In this document: piece after piece, positions 37,046-37,046 of the stretch
Layout: each line of letters starts with the position of its first letter
How positions within the stretch are numbered: position 1 is the first letter of the stretch
The notes under the pieces: model-generated
Database searches by the model: none
Seen by the model: only the letters and a program-made list of their open reading frames with translations
What the model was told of the DNA's origin: nothing
DNA from: an uncultured Collinsella sp.
GTDB lineage: Bacteria; Actinomycetota; Coriobacteriia; Coriobacteriales; Coriobacteriaceae
Direction of reading: 5' to 3'
DNA: 37,046 bases
NCBI GenBank assembly: GCA_900765185.1
Contig: CAAFQT010000249.1
Span: 1-37,046, forward strand
Translations under genes and position numbers: made by a program

Positions 37046-37046
37046 A

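Overview
GC-rich chromosomal window that looks like Coriobacteriia (Collinsella-like; inferred from composition and gene content, not from a search). From left to right it holds: a lone IS3-OrfA-like HTH gene; a complete Ech-type (group 4) membrane [NiFe]-hydrogenase operon with echA and echB fused; a 2097-aa LPxTG-anchored vWA plus 10x FctA/Spy0128-type adhesin; a NarL-type two-component system divergent from a 3-gene ABC-2 exporter; a MacB/FtsX-type ABC pair; a DUF362 Fe-S protein; an alpha/beta hydrolase; hemolysin-III and HlyC/CorC membrane proteins; a stand-alone cyanophycin-synthetase N-domain protein; YtxH and PRC-barrel proteins; a catalytically degenerate polysaccharide deacetylase; an MgtE-like plus Nramp-related (NRMT-like) operon behind a long structured leader; and a partial OatA-like O-acetyltransferase. 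The most unusual signals are non-coding. (i) Four 154/160-bp palindromic elements of two arm types bracket the adhesin gene, and all four have the core CCGCAGGTA ending exactly at the dyad axis. (ii) A second REP-like family of 29-nt hairpins has co-varying stems and sits on or next to TAG stop codons. (iii) The 3' end of the FtsX permease gene is duplicated, and the two copies differ only at synonymous positions. No rRNA, tRNA, CRISPR array or intact transposase was seen.
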